A DNA stretch of 64,000 nucleotides. It comes from Lingula anatina. Its lineage: Eukaryota > Animalia > Brachiopoda. Below, piece by piece: positions 52,462-64,000 of the stretch. The number at the start of each line of letters is the position of its first letter. The first letter of the stretch is position 1. Location: assembly GCA_051362555.1 (NCBI GenBank), contig CM120640.1:20770001-20834000 (forward strand), given 5' to 3'. Under the pieces are notes generated by a model that saw only the letters and a program-made list of their open reading frames with translations, had not been told where the DNA came from and made no database searches. The position numbers and the translations under genes are program-made.

Positions 52462-53771
52462 CAACCCTACCCTGGGCAGCCCCGACTGCACCGAGACACT
52501 CTGTGTACTAATGGTCAGGATGGTGATGATCCCAATGGTGGTGCGGGCGGGCACAGCTGTAGGGTCTATCCAAAAGTTGACGAAGGACAGGAGCACAACG
52601 ACTACACTAGGCGCATACACTTGGATTAGATAATAGTTCAAGTCTCTGCGAAAGGACATTTCGGCATAAATGCAGGTGTACCCGCCTAAAATCCGTAAGG
52701 TATTTACATCTTACTCTCATGCGGAAAAATACATAGCTCAATAGACTGCATGTCATATATATAAATACCGTAAATCAATATATATAAAGTATATACTGAT
52801 TTATAGTACATACAAAAAATAATAAATTACTAAATGCATGATTTAAGTTGAAGAATATTAAAAACAAATATACAGCAATGTCTTCACTGGTGGTGCGCTC
52901 TTCATTTACGCTCATTTTCGGTTTAACTACCAGCCGGAGTGTGTAGCAGGTTAAGTGTGACGTCATGTTCAGAAATAAAACCGATGTTGAACAAAATAAT
53001 TGATTACTGAAGGAGTCTCTTTCGTACAGAACCACAAGACCACACCTATGTCGCTCGCGGAAGATCTGCAGCTACAGTATTCAAACAAAATACCTGATGG
53101 ATAAATCGTGCTGCAGTCACCGGTGGTTGTTCCCATTAGTGTGAAATCGGCTAAATTTCTTCCCGCGTCTTTGGCAAAAGATAAGGGGTCAGTTTCCTTC
53201 CAGGATAGTACCAGATTATTGATGTTGTAAGCATCTTTATAAGAAAACAAAAGGAAAAAAAGAAAGTAAATATCAGTTCATTTATTTCAAACCACATTTT
53301 ACGATGTATTACGAATAGGCATTATTTTTGTGGAATATATTGTATGTGAAAAACTATCGCCAAAGCTAAATTTAAAAAAAAAAAATTTATACATAGTGGA
53401 GGTAATAAAAAACACAAGTTATTAGCATTCATTCAAAGTGTATACAAACGTGCATCTACAACAATATCAACTAAATCAACTAAATAAATTCTTAATAAAC
53501 ATTAACTTACAACTTTCAACGTTTATTCTGCAAGCTTGATTGTCCATAGGAAAGTTCGCTAAATTAAAGGCGCAGCTGAGAGTCTCCGTTAGCCTAAAAA
53601 ACAAGGCCAAAAATATGTGATACTGGGGGGAGCTGAACCCACCAACGATAAATTTTAAACACACTTATATGTTGCAAAAGCACCCAAGGTTACAACGAAT
53701 GAACCTACTTCGCAAATATAATCGGGAGACATTCGTTTTCGACGCCCGCAAACTTGCTACATGCTACCCCC

Positions 53772-53803
<32 letters not shown>

Positions 53804-56800
53804 CACACACACGACACACTCGTTACTTGAATGTAAAGGCCAAATATTATATTTAGCATCAAGATTGCACCATGTAATAATAAAAGTAAATTGCAAAACT
53901 TTTACTTCAGTTTTTACTGCAGAAGCTGTATTGCCACTTAATGAGCAGAAGGCGTATTGGCACTTAATGAAAAATGACTTACCTCTGCGAATACATTATA
54001 TCTCCGTTAGCAGAAATGATGATCATTCTATTGGGGGTGGTAACTGTGTGAAACCTGGAGTTTTTCTCATTCATAAAATATAGATCTGGCACCCATATAT
54101 CATTGCGGGTTGAATCCCCGAGAGTCACAGAGTCCAAACCGCTGGTGTTTCCAGCAAACGCAAGTCGTGGATCATTCCAATTTTGCCGTAAAAATATGTT
54201 GATTGTAAAATCCTGTGATGTAACATAAGAATAGACATACAGTATTTATGAGTCAATGATGTGTCAAAAAACCATGCATCATTCCACTAATTCATTTGAT
54301 TGTTTTTGTCATTTATTGCACAAGTACTGCCAGTAATACGATTATATTTTATTGGATATCTGCACCGTCGTCCATCAGCACGTTTTCACTAGCTTTTTTG
54401 AAAAAGTTGATACTATTACAACTCCTCCTCCTGTTGGTACTTTTATTTCTACTACTACCACTAACACTTGCATTATAAATTACCCGTTCTCTTTTTTGCA
54501 TGGGCGACAAGAAACTCTTTCGCTAGAATTGGATACCACCTCTAAAATCTTTTATGCAGTAAATATATCAATCTCTGTCATGATCATTCTTTTAAAGTAA
54601 ATATTAACACATGGTGTTATTTCGAGAATTAAGAAGTAAAAACATATCCGTTTGTGTCAGATTGTGTACATACCATTGAAACATCACTTAAATCAGCGAT
54701 GAAATTGAAATGCATGCTGACGTTCACAAGAGTTGGCTTACCTTTAAAAAGAAAGAAAAGTTAAATTCAAAGCATTTTACTCTATTGCCACTTCGCAGTG
54801 TATAAAAATGAGATCAGGAAATACCCTGGTCCCTTTTGAGACTATTTTCATCATTTATACGCCCTTTTCAAATGATCCTAAGTATAATGCACTATATTCT
54901 TGTAGCATTTCGCAAACACCTCTTAGTATATTGAAAAACGATATCAGGAAATACCTGGATGTCTGTTGAGACTATATATTTCGTTCTTTTCAAATAACTT
55001 TGCAAAAGATACCCAGTCATAAAGGATTATATTCTCACGACCTTTGGCAGTCACCTTTCAGTAATTTGAAAAAGATGTCAGGGAATGCCATGGTGCCCTT
55101 TGAGGCTATTTCGATCAATTAAAGCTTTCTTTGATAAATGCACAACAGTTAAGAGCATGGCAAAGTTTGATCAGCAAAGCACATTCATATCAATTACTTA
55201 TGGTCTATCACACCCACTATGCAAAAACAACGTGCACAATTTGAACTGAAAGAGCTTTAAGATACCCAATTAGATAGAAAGTATTGTTGAACTCTCAGTG
55301 TAAAAAGTAGAGGGTCGATACAAAAGCATCGATAGTTATGGGGCGGATGTTTGAATGCTACTCACCAGCTTATCCAAGAGTCAGACTAATGCGCCGGCAA
55401 GGGGTATCAGACAATTACTGTGTAGCACTCGGAATTTCACTTCCTTTTAACGCATTCGTGTGTGACGCAAACGATTCATTTGAATATGGTCAAATTCATC
55501 CATACAGATAAATATAGCCGTCACACACGCCCGTTCCGGTATTTAGACATACAGTAGCAGAAAAGAGAATGACAAGCTACAGCACGGTCGTGTGCGCAAG
55601 GAATCCACCGAATAACTAATTCCATTATAGCCCAGTAGTCATCCCACTGCCTCCAATACATGAACCTATAAACTTCCTGTGAAATATTATTTCTCTTTAT
55701 TCAAGGGACTGTGGTGCCCCAGGACAAATTTGGCTCGGTTGTCACTTTGTCAAAATTGGGAAACTTGATAAATCCAAGATGACTGTCAATTCCCGCAGAA
55801 GCATACACCCTTGCATAAAAAATGACCCATAATTAGTTTTGGTCCATACCAGTGCTTCAGCCAAGTGTGCACCAGCAACATGTTTATAGGAATCCTTTAA
55901 CTGTTTGGAGTTGGTTGGATGTCCATTGATAAATCCAAAAAATGACTCCCTATATATTTAGAGAGAGAAATTTGGAGAGATGCAATGTATTTTGCATTAA
56001 TGAAATATAATTCAATGGGAATACTGCCCCTGTGATTGGAATAATTTCTCGGATACTCTCTGTTGCACCGGCTACATTATCGATTTGATACTAGGTCACC
56101 ATTATTTCTGCACTTAATCAGTTTGGCTTATTACTTTGTTTCTGATATATGCACAAAGTTCGGTGACTTGTAGGCCCATGAGGCCGGGTGATTTGTATAG
56201 GCCTATTTATATCACGTGTCACGTTAACAAACAAATAATATTATGTTGCCTTTAAGTGTATATAAACCTCGGGGTTCGCTTTCTTTACCATTTAACGTAT
56301 AAAATGATCAATTTTCCTTTAAATAATTCAGATTTAATTTTGTAAAGAGTATTTGCTTTGTCTACGAACGTTTCCTAGAATGACCATGAAGAATGGTGGA
56401 TACACGGATGACAAAGGCGTTCCACATTACTGCATGTATAGAATAAACCATTCTGTTACCATTTAATTGGATGACAGGAATGTATGAACGGTAACTCTAA
56501 ATAGTTTTACGTGTGTCGCTGCTCGCAGAATTACAACAGAACTCTAAGATAGGTTGTGCTTGTGTCACGGAACTAAGAGTCCGTGTGACAGAAAGTCCGC
56601 TCTCCATATAATTGTAATGGTTAGGGTTAGTCTGACCTAAGCGGGTCAAAATTTAGGGCGAGGCTCACCTGTACAAATGAATGGGAAGCGGACTCTTTGT
56701 CAAGGGGGACTCTCTGTCACGTTACACAACTGATCCGCACTAATTGGACCAAGGAGAGATAGCAGCCGTCGACATGCCACAAAACCACCTCACCTGTGTC

Positions 56801-57816
56801 CAGGCCAGGTCGTATTCTTGTGTCGTATTGTAACGCAGAAAGAAAATTCAGGAACTCTTGCATCTCTCGGAATTCATCTTGACTGGAATTTGTCGCCGTT
56901 CTGGAATGAGAATGTGATGATATCAGTGTGTTAAATTTCTTTTGCACATGCATATTGTGACTCAAGATTCGCAAAGTTGTGTATTCCGTCGGCGTGCATA
57001 GTTCATACAGTGTTTTTAAAAAGTTTTGGGAATTTTATCCTCCACTGCCATTAAATAGTTTGTTTTCGAGAAAAAACTTCGTGATTCAATTTTAAAAAAA
57101 GGGAAAATGAACAAATGTTTCACTTTAAAGCCTCTGTATAGTCCGTCTTTTGTGTACAAACATTTCCCACAAATAAAAAGTCGCTCTTATTTCCAAATTT
57201 GGAAAGAAATTCCTAGGAACGGCTTTCCATGTCATTATAGCAAATGAAAAACGATGCATGAAACTTTAATCTTGTATTTTATTACTTACAGAAAAGGAGG
57301 AAAGAAAACCTTACCTCTTCAAAGTACGCCGGTGTATTAAAGTTAATCCTGCTAAGACCAAATCCAACCATATTTCCAAACATTCTGCTCTTACTATAAT
57401 TTTTCATTGCACCCAACTTTTCCGTTCTAAGAGATACGGCCATCGAAGTAACATTCGGCGAAATTCAGTTATCACGTAAGGTTACGAAGATGCGTTGTTA
57501 AGAAGCCTCATAGATAAGATTATTTCTAAGAACACCAAACTTTGGGAATGGTTGTTTCAGTCGCGCTTTTTAATCAAAGACTTGATTTTGACAGCTGTAT
57601 TATCCTAACATGCTTTAATCACACACACACACACACACAAAAATTAATCATATCACTGCTAATCATAACTTAATCAACACTAGTCATATCAAAAGCTCTC
57701 ATGAAAAACGCTAGCCCCACTAGTGATACTCACCCATTTGCCACAAATAACGTCCCTGTAGCAACAAAGACCAACAAAACTGAGATAATAGTAGTTATAA
57801 TAGCCATTACTTCCAT
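51659..57816 (-). CDS. Cys-loop ligand-gated chloride channel subunit A (GlyR/GluCl-like), 9 exons: 57816-57734, 56900-56794, 54741-54674, 54212-53983, 53593-53511, 53234-53094, 52685-52471, 52161-52018, 51850-51659
   Basis: Signal peptide [21 protein letters not shown]; YDTRIRP; [11 protein letters not shown]; IWVPDLYF; Cys-loop [15 protein letters not shown]; loop-C disulfide [12 protein letters not shown]; PAR-M2; [17 protein letters not shown]; M4 ..[13 protein letters not shown]. All exon phases are consistent. Confidence 0.95.
54810..55112. repeat. Degenerate ~130-bp tandem repeat in intron 2 of subunit A
   Basis: tcagg(a/g)aat(a/g)cc..tg..ttgag(a/g)ctat at ~54814, ~54944 and ~55078. 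Confidence 0.65.
56561..56725. mobile_element. Small fold-back MITE with a central GGTTAG motif
   Basis: Arms tgtcacggaactaagagtcc.tgtgacagaaagtccgct and agcggactctttgtca..ggactctctgtcacgttaca flank ggttagggttag. Confidence 0.6.
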
Positions 57817-58389
57817 AAAATGATGTGTTTGCGACCAGTCCCTGCTTAAATGTAAGTCGCATCTGAACATGAACCCTTAGGTAAATGTTTACTGTCATAA
57901 TAGATATTTGTTTTGAATGCACATTGCATTTGGATACGAAGTCGTTAAGATATATACACGGAATAAAGAATGCTACAATTTCTCCAAAAGTTATTGATCC
58001 TCAATATGTTATGGTAAACTAGAGTATCCGTGGCTCACAAAACGCGTTACGTTTTTGGTCGCTAGTTTCATTGGACCTTGAATGGGAGAATTGATTTTGT
58101 AACCACGTTTCCAGATTTCTCTTAATTCATATCATGGGTATTACACGGTTACTGTACTATTAACTGGTACGATTATACAACACTACATTTAGCATGATGA
58201 AAGTTATATAACTAGGATTCATTTCAATTGTATACAGGAAATCCATTTGAACAACAGTCTTAATATATAAGGTAAATGCAAAACAGTTACAATTAAATTG
58301 AAGAAGCTTTTTTCGTGTACGTATGATAATTGCTTCCACTGTCATGAATCAATACAAAATCAATGGCTTGGCGGTAACAGGGATCGCGA

Positions 58390-61300
58390 TCAAAATAACT
58401 CAAAGTACACCACCCAGTAGATCAAGTTAAAAATGAGAAATCCCCCTGTAAACACATATCTTGAATAATAATCAATCTTTTCTGCAACATATAATTTGCT
58501 TTTGTGCTTTCCACAGCGTACTGCGGACAGCCAATTGGTGCACGTGTTCCAGTCTTTTAAAGAAGTGGTTGAACTGCTTGATTCTGGCCTGGATTCGATA
58601 TTCATTTTGTTGACAAGCTGAAAGACAAAAATGGCAATATTGTAAATTTTACTTGGGAAATCAGATAACCTCGTTTGAAATACTGTTTGTCAAGATCAGG
58701 ACCGATTTATTAAATTCAAAAACAAAAAGCTTTATTTATATAAATGTATGTATGGAAATTGGTTTAGGGTTACTCTTAATATGAATTTTATCTGTGCAAG
58801 TGAGTGTTTATGCTACTATTGAGCGCTGATGTGCATATTTACCGTTTGCCAGTTAGCATTTTGTTTCTCCTGGAGAGTCTGCCGTGGTTCAAGTGCAATC
58901 TTTTTCTCCCGGGCGTCCTTCTGCAGCAACACGTTCACAACTGCATACTCCAGCATTGAACCAACGACAAAAACTAAACAAGCCGCTAGCCAAACGTCTA
59001 TAGCTTTAATATAGGAGACCTTTCGAAAAGATAAAAATGAAAATACAGATATCCGATTAACGAATTCAAAGTTTTGGGCTAAACGGTGATGGTTATTTTC
59101 ATGTTCAGATAGACTATTTAAAGTTAAATTCCAACAGTCTTATAATATGTTTATTATAAATCAGATGATCGTCCTGTTAGTGAAAAAAACTTCACCCATC
59201 AAAAACCAAAACTAGATGCCTCTTTATCTAAATTTGTGCTGAATCCATCAAATGGCTACTATCGGAGATGTGAAAAAAATTCCAAGGGGCCATATAAACA
59301 AATATTCTCTAAAACTGAATTCTAAAATTCCTAATTCTGCTTGATTTACAAAGGGCAGTACATAACCACTACCTTAGGCAGACGATCTTGAACCGTGACA
59401 CTCTGAGTGGTCAGTGAGAGGATTGTGACGATACCAACGGTTGTTCTGGCGGGCACCGCTGTCGCATCGATCAGAAAGTTGACAAATGCCAGAACAACAG
59501 TGACTGTGCTGGGCAGATAGACGCTGAGAAGGTAGAAACCCAGGTCCCTTGACAAATGAATGTCTAGATACAAGCAGGTGAAAGCTCCTGGAAATGGTCA
59601 AATTAGCAGTGGAGTTATCATATTAAAACTAGTCTTTCTTGTACTGGTGAATAGATGCTATGAGTAGATGCTATTGTAGTATGATTAGATAAATCCCAGA
59701 GAAATGTCAAGTTAAGGGCACCAATGACATCTACTTTTGCATTGTCTTTTAACAATGGTAATCATGAGCATTTTGGTTTTCAGAAAATTACCTCATTACG
59801 TTTGAACTTACAAAAATCACAAAAACAGTATCATTTCTCCGAGCGTCGAAAACATGAAGAAAAAATTAAACAACACCTGCAGGTGACAAACTACAGACGT
59901 GTGACAGATCTGAGGCCTGTCCACTGTGTTAACAACTGCTACAGGAATTTTTGTTCCAATAGTCAACCTTCTCTTTTTCAGATGGCTCACAAAACCATTC
60001 ATCATCTCAGTAAATCGACACTTGATTAAATTATTTTCTGAAAAAACTACACATTACCTGTAGAATAAACCGCAGTGCAATCTCCACTGGTGATATTGGT
60101 AACTTCAAATTCTGGAAGGGTCTCATCAATATTCGAATTGAATTCTACGTTCAGCCACTCGAATATTAAGTCGTCTGTTGAATGAGCATCTGAATTTTAA
60201 ACCACCAAGGTGTCAAGTTAACCGAAATGAGATTGTCTCATGAAGTGTCAAATTAAATATATAAAAAAATATTTGCCTGGTCGGTGATTTTATCTTTATT
60301 AAGAAATATTGTACAAAAAATGACAAGAAGAAAGGAACTGAAGATTATCTTTCCTATCTTTTCAGAAGGGTCGATTTTCCAATATGACAAAATATTCGAC
60401 TTACAGCTTTCCATCTGTATTCGACATGTTTGATCATCCATTGGAAACCTCAAGAGGTGAAATTCACAGTTGAGGGTTGCTGACAACCTAAAATTCGTAA
60501 TTTATAAAACTGAAAGTATAAACTAAAGTATTGATTTGATGTTAACGTTTTTAAGGAAAGTTATGAAAAAAATGTGGTTTTATCCTTTCATCTTTTTTTA
60601 ATAAGTGGATAGATTCAAGTTTTAATTTAAGTGTGAAATCTCACACTCCACCAATGATTCCTCAAAAAAGGCATCGTGAAAAATGCAAACTCGAGTTCAT
60701 ATCAGTAATAGCTTCGTCTGTAGTATTGAGTGCATAATCAATATAAACGTTTTCAAGTCCAGCAATATGTTTATAATGCATCTTTTGTGAATTGGTCATC
60801 TTCAGTACTAGGCAGTATCACTTCTTCCTACTTGACAGGATACTCGAGCAAGCAATATTAAACATATGTGGACGGGAAAATAAGGTATTGTAAACGTGAG
60901 CGATCAGGGTTCAATTAAGTAACATTATGTTGATGTCGCACTGGTAGTGTTAGTTTATATAATAATATTCAATTCTGATTATCACTTTATTAACAAATTC
61001 TGTCAACCGTGCGCAGTTTCTTCAATTAACAGATATATTGAACTTATTGTTCAACATTGTCCATTTTCAGTATCAGTTTCAACAAAGGGTGAATCATTAC
61101 AAGTTGCACATTAATGTTTTCTTGGTGAAGTATTGTTGGCCATGGGGGGTTTACGTAGTTTAATTAGGTTCATGAAATGCAAATGGTATTCCAACAAATA
61201 CATTTCAAAAGCACGAGAGGAGACGTTCGATATTTTCTCACTTGGCTATAGAATTCGAGCAGTCACGAAATCATTCTAATTGGCATGTCTTGTTTGGTCG

Positions 61301-62699
61301 CAGAAAGGGATGAAAATCACAAAGGGTCCTGATTATTTTTTCATGCTGTTTCAGAAAACAAATCAAGATTTACCTTTGAGAATACAGTATTTGTCCCTGC
61401 GGGGAGATTCTGATCATTACGTTTGGAGTTGTGATGATATGAAAAAACGATGTCTTCTCGTTGGCAAAGTACAAGTCTGGCACCCATATATACTGTTTAA
61501 GTACTTCAGATAAAGTCATCATACTGGTGCTTGTAGAGTTAAAAGCCAAGCGTGGCTCATCCCATCTCTGTCGTAGAAAAAAGTTGACGGTAAAGTCCTA
61601 CAAAAAAAAATTGAAATCGTTATTTCTTCTGACGTGATGAGAATTCTTACTTCTTTTTGACGCTTGGGATGTCTATTTTGTTAAAAATCTTAGAGTCTAG
61701 AAAAATGTCTATTAGAAAATTTTATGCCTGTGTTGTAAATAGTCTCTGGCACATAATCAATTAATTGAATAATTTTTAAATTTCAAACAAGTGCAGAATA
61801 AATAAATGAACGATCACAATCTCTGAGCTTAAGTCCCCTTAAAGTGGACTTTAATAAATTGAAAAAATTGCAAAACATTTTCACCTTTGCAAAAAATGTT
61901 ATTGCTCAAGAAAAGAAACAAGAATACATTTGCTTCGTTCCATTAACATTTTTTGAACACCACTTTCTAGGATTAATTCTCAAAGTTTATTACTTTAACT
62001 TACCATTGAAGCATCATCCACATCTGTTATAGCACTAAACAAAACGTCAACTTTCACCACTGTCGGTTTCCCTGGTTAAAACCACACAGTTTATAAACAG
62101 TTGCTCTATAGTTTATTTGCTTTATTCCCCCCTTTGTAGCTATCCCAATACGAGCAATGTCAACAAAATGTTTAACAGAACATTTAAACGCAGATCGTTT
62201 TTTATTATTTATAGTCATATAATGTAAAACTAATATTCTAATAATTATCACATATTTTGCATTTACCTTGTCTGAAGTGAGGTCTGATGCGCTTGTCATA
62301 CTGCAACTGTAGGAGATGGTCAAGGAAGGCGATCCTCTCCTCGTATTCAGTGCCATTACCAACCGCATTTGTTTGTCTACAGTTACGGACAGATTTTAAA
62401 TGAGAGATTTAATAAATAACCTATGTGTTTAGTGTTTCATAGGCAAATAAATTGAAATTAAAACAAAATACTTAAATGTGTATTTCTTAATCTGAGTCAT
62501 TAGATATTTGAAAGACCATACGAACCCTCGACACTCGCCCCAAACCCCATCACCCCCACATACTTGACGTTTCGATTATATTTTTCCAATCCTGTAAATG
62601 TTAAACTAATCATCATGTGTATTGTGCGTCTTACTTACATTGCGCCACAATAAAAAATACAAATCGCCATGACAAATAGCAAACTGCAGAATCTATCAT
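58390..62699 (-). CDS. Cys-loop ligand-gated chloride channel subunit B (GlyR/GluCl-like), 9 exons: 62699-62635, 62376-62267, 62071-62004, 61597-61374, 60487-60405, 60189-60058, 59587-59373, 59019-58843, 58617-58390
   Basis: YDKRIRP; [12 protein letters not shown]; [12 protein letters not shown]; [15 protein letters not shown]; [12 protein letters not shown]; [19 protein letters not shown]; [10 protein letters not shown]; [23 protein letters not shown]. Intron positions equal those of subunit A. First exon ([22 protein letters not shown]) is less certain. Confidence 0.93.
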
Positions 62700-63387
62700 G
62701 TGCAGACTCCATTTTTTTACATACATGAACAATTTTCTTGTTCAGCCCTCACTCGGTACCTACTAAACTGTAATGACCGACGAAATATTTAATGTGCACT
62801 GATATCCGATCTTTTCCGCGCTGGACATTTATCGATCTATTTACACTGTGGGCTGCATGTTGTAAACGAAGACCACAGTATTTATACGCAGTTTTGGAGT
62901 TTGTCTTGAAGCTAAAATCTGGCCTAAACTCTCACCCTACGGATGTGACAGCGGAAACAAGACGTAGAGACAGATTACACGGTATTGGAAATCATCGTTA
63001 ATGTATAACTCCATATTATTTCATTGCTGTGGCATTGCCCCTTACACTTCGTTGGTCACGAAGTTTGTTGAGTCCGTTATATAACAGTGAAGTACGCTAG
63101 AGTAAATACTCTACAGAAATTAAAAAGACGGAAATGGATGTAAGTCATTTTAAATAGCATGGCAAACATACCTATGGCAGAATACCTTTGATTGGAGACG
63201 ACGTGCTGGTGAGTCCCGACGCATTTTGAGAAATATACCACTTTTCAGTCCTTTTATCCGGTGCTGTTAACACGAACACTTTGACGTATTTTTTTCAATG
63301 AAAAGAAAAACCGTTTACTTTGATTGCAAAGGCAGAGCTTGAATTTTTGTCCTAGAAACGATGTTTTCCATTTTTCTACTACAGCTA

Positions 63388-63422
<35 letters not shown>

Positions 63423-64000
63423 ATCTGCATAAGATATCATATAATGCTCTCTTTTACTACACGAAGTTTACAGGCATGGCTTTAGCTTTGATGCGCATTA
63501 AAAAACTGTCAATGCTGGGTCGTGTTCAAATCGGTATAAATCAAGGATTTTTTTCAAAATGGACCATCACAGTTTATCATAAAAAAAAACAATTCCTTTG
63601 CTCCGCAAATAAAAAAATCATCATCATCAACAATAAAACAAGCTACATATACACCATGTACTTTAAAATTACGACCAACAAATATAGTACTATACCATGC
63701 TTATTGTGTTTTGGATTTAGTGCCGACCTCGGCGAATAAACCCTTATTTAGGAGCATGAAGTCAACTTGTTACCGTATCGTAGAAAAACTCAAACTACTT
63801 GGTCAGGTATGATAGGAATGGTGGTCTAAGAAATTGATGCCCGGGGTCTCATATGATTAGTAAATGTTAGTCGAAGTATGAGGGCTAGCAGACGGGACGA
63901 ATGTCACCTGTAAAAAATAATGGGGAATGGGCTACGGTTTCTAGCGGACTACCCTTCCTGCCACACCTGTCAAAGTTATACTGGAAATTATCTATTTTCG

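Noticed and set aside
56619-56630. GGTTAGGGTTAG as an interstitial telomere
   Set aside because: Only two units, and they form the loop of a small fold-back element.
57314-57407. Alternative first exon of channel A ([12 protein letters not shown]..)
   Set aside because: Not a signal peptide and wrong phase for exon 2; 57816-57734 fits both.

Overview
AT-rich, intron-rich animal genomic DNA, probably from a marine invertebrate (taxon cannot be fixed from sequence alone). Most short ORFs in the supplied track are spurious or are single exons. (1) A giant + strand gene (~15.3-49.6 kb, ~50 exons, roughly 4,900 aa by hand tally; first exon not found) encodes an apparently secreted mosaic protein. 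Order: F5/8-type-C domain; four beta-helix (PbH1) super-repeats of Bark beetle/Anakonda type, one carrying an SRCR domain; EGF repeats; IPT/TIG; Ig-like domains; a furin-flanked Cys-rich hydrophobic cassette; a conserved bacterial-looking module; about nine cadherin repeats; a Thr-rich stalk; a helical tail with no transmembrane segment. (2) Two complete 9-exon anion-selective Cys-loop (GlyR/GluCl-like) channel subunit genes lie in tight tandem on the - strand (51659-57816 and 58390-62699). (3) A frameshifted copy of the 3' end of the first channel gene and its flank sits at 1-2228, a direct repeat of 50264-52156 that brackets the giant gene and suggests a ~50-kb tandem segmental duplication. 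(4) Several non-autonomous DNA transposons (Kolobok-like with a visible empty site, Harbinger-like, Helentron HINE with an internal satellite, Tc1-like), a Tc1 transposase remnant and microsatellites. All alignments and translations were done by eye; no database searches were run.
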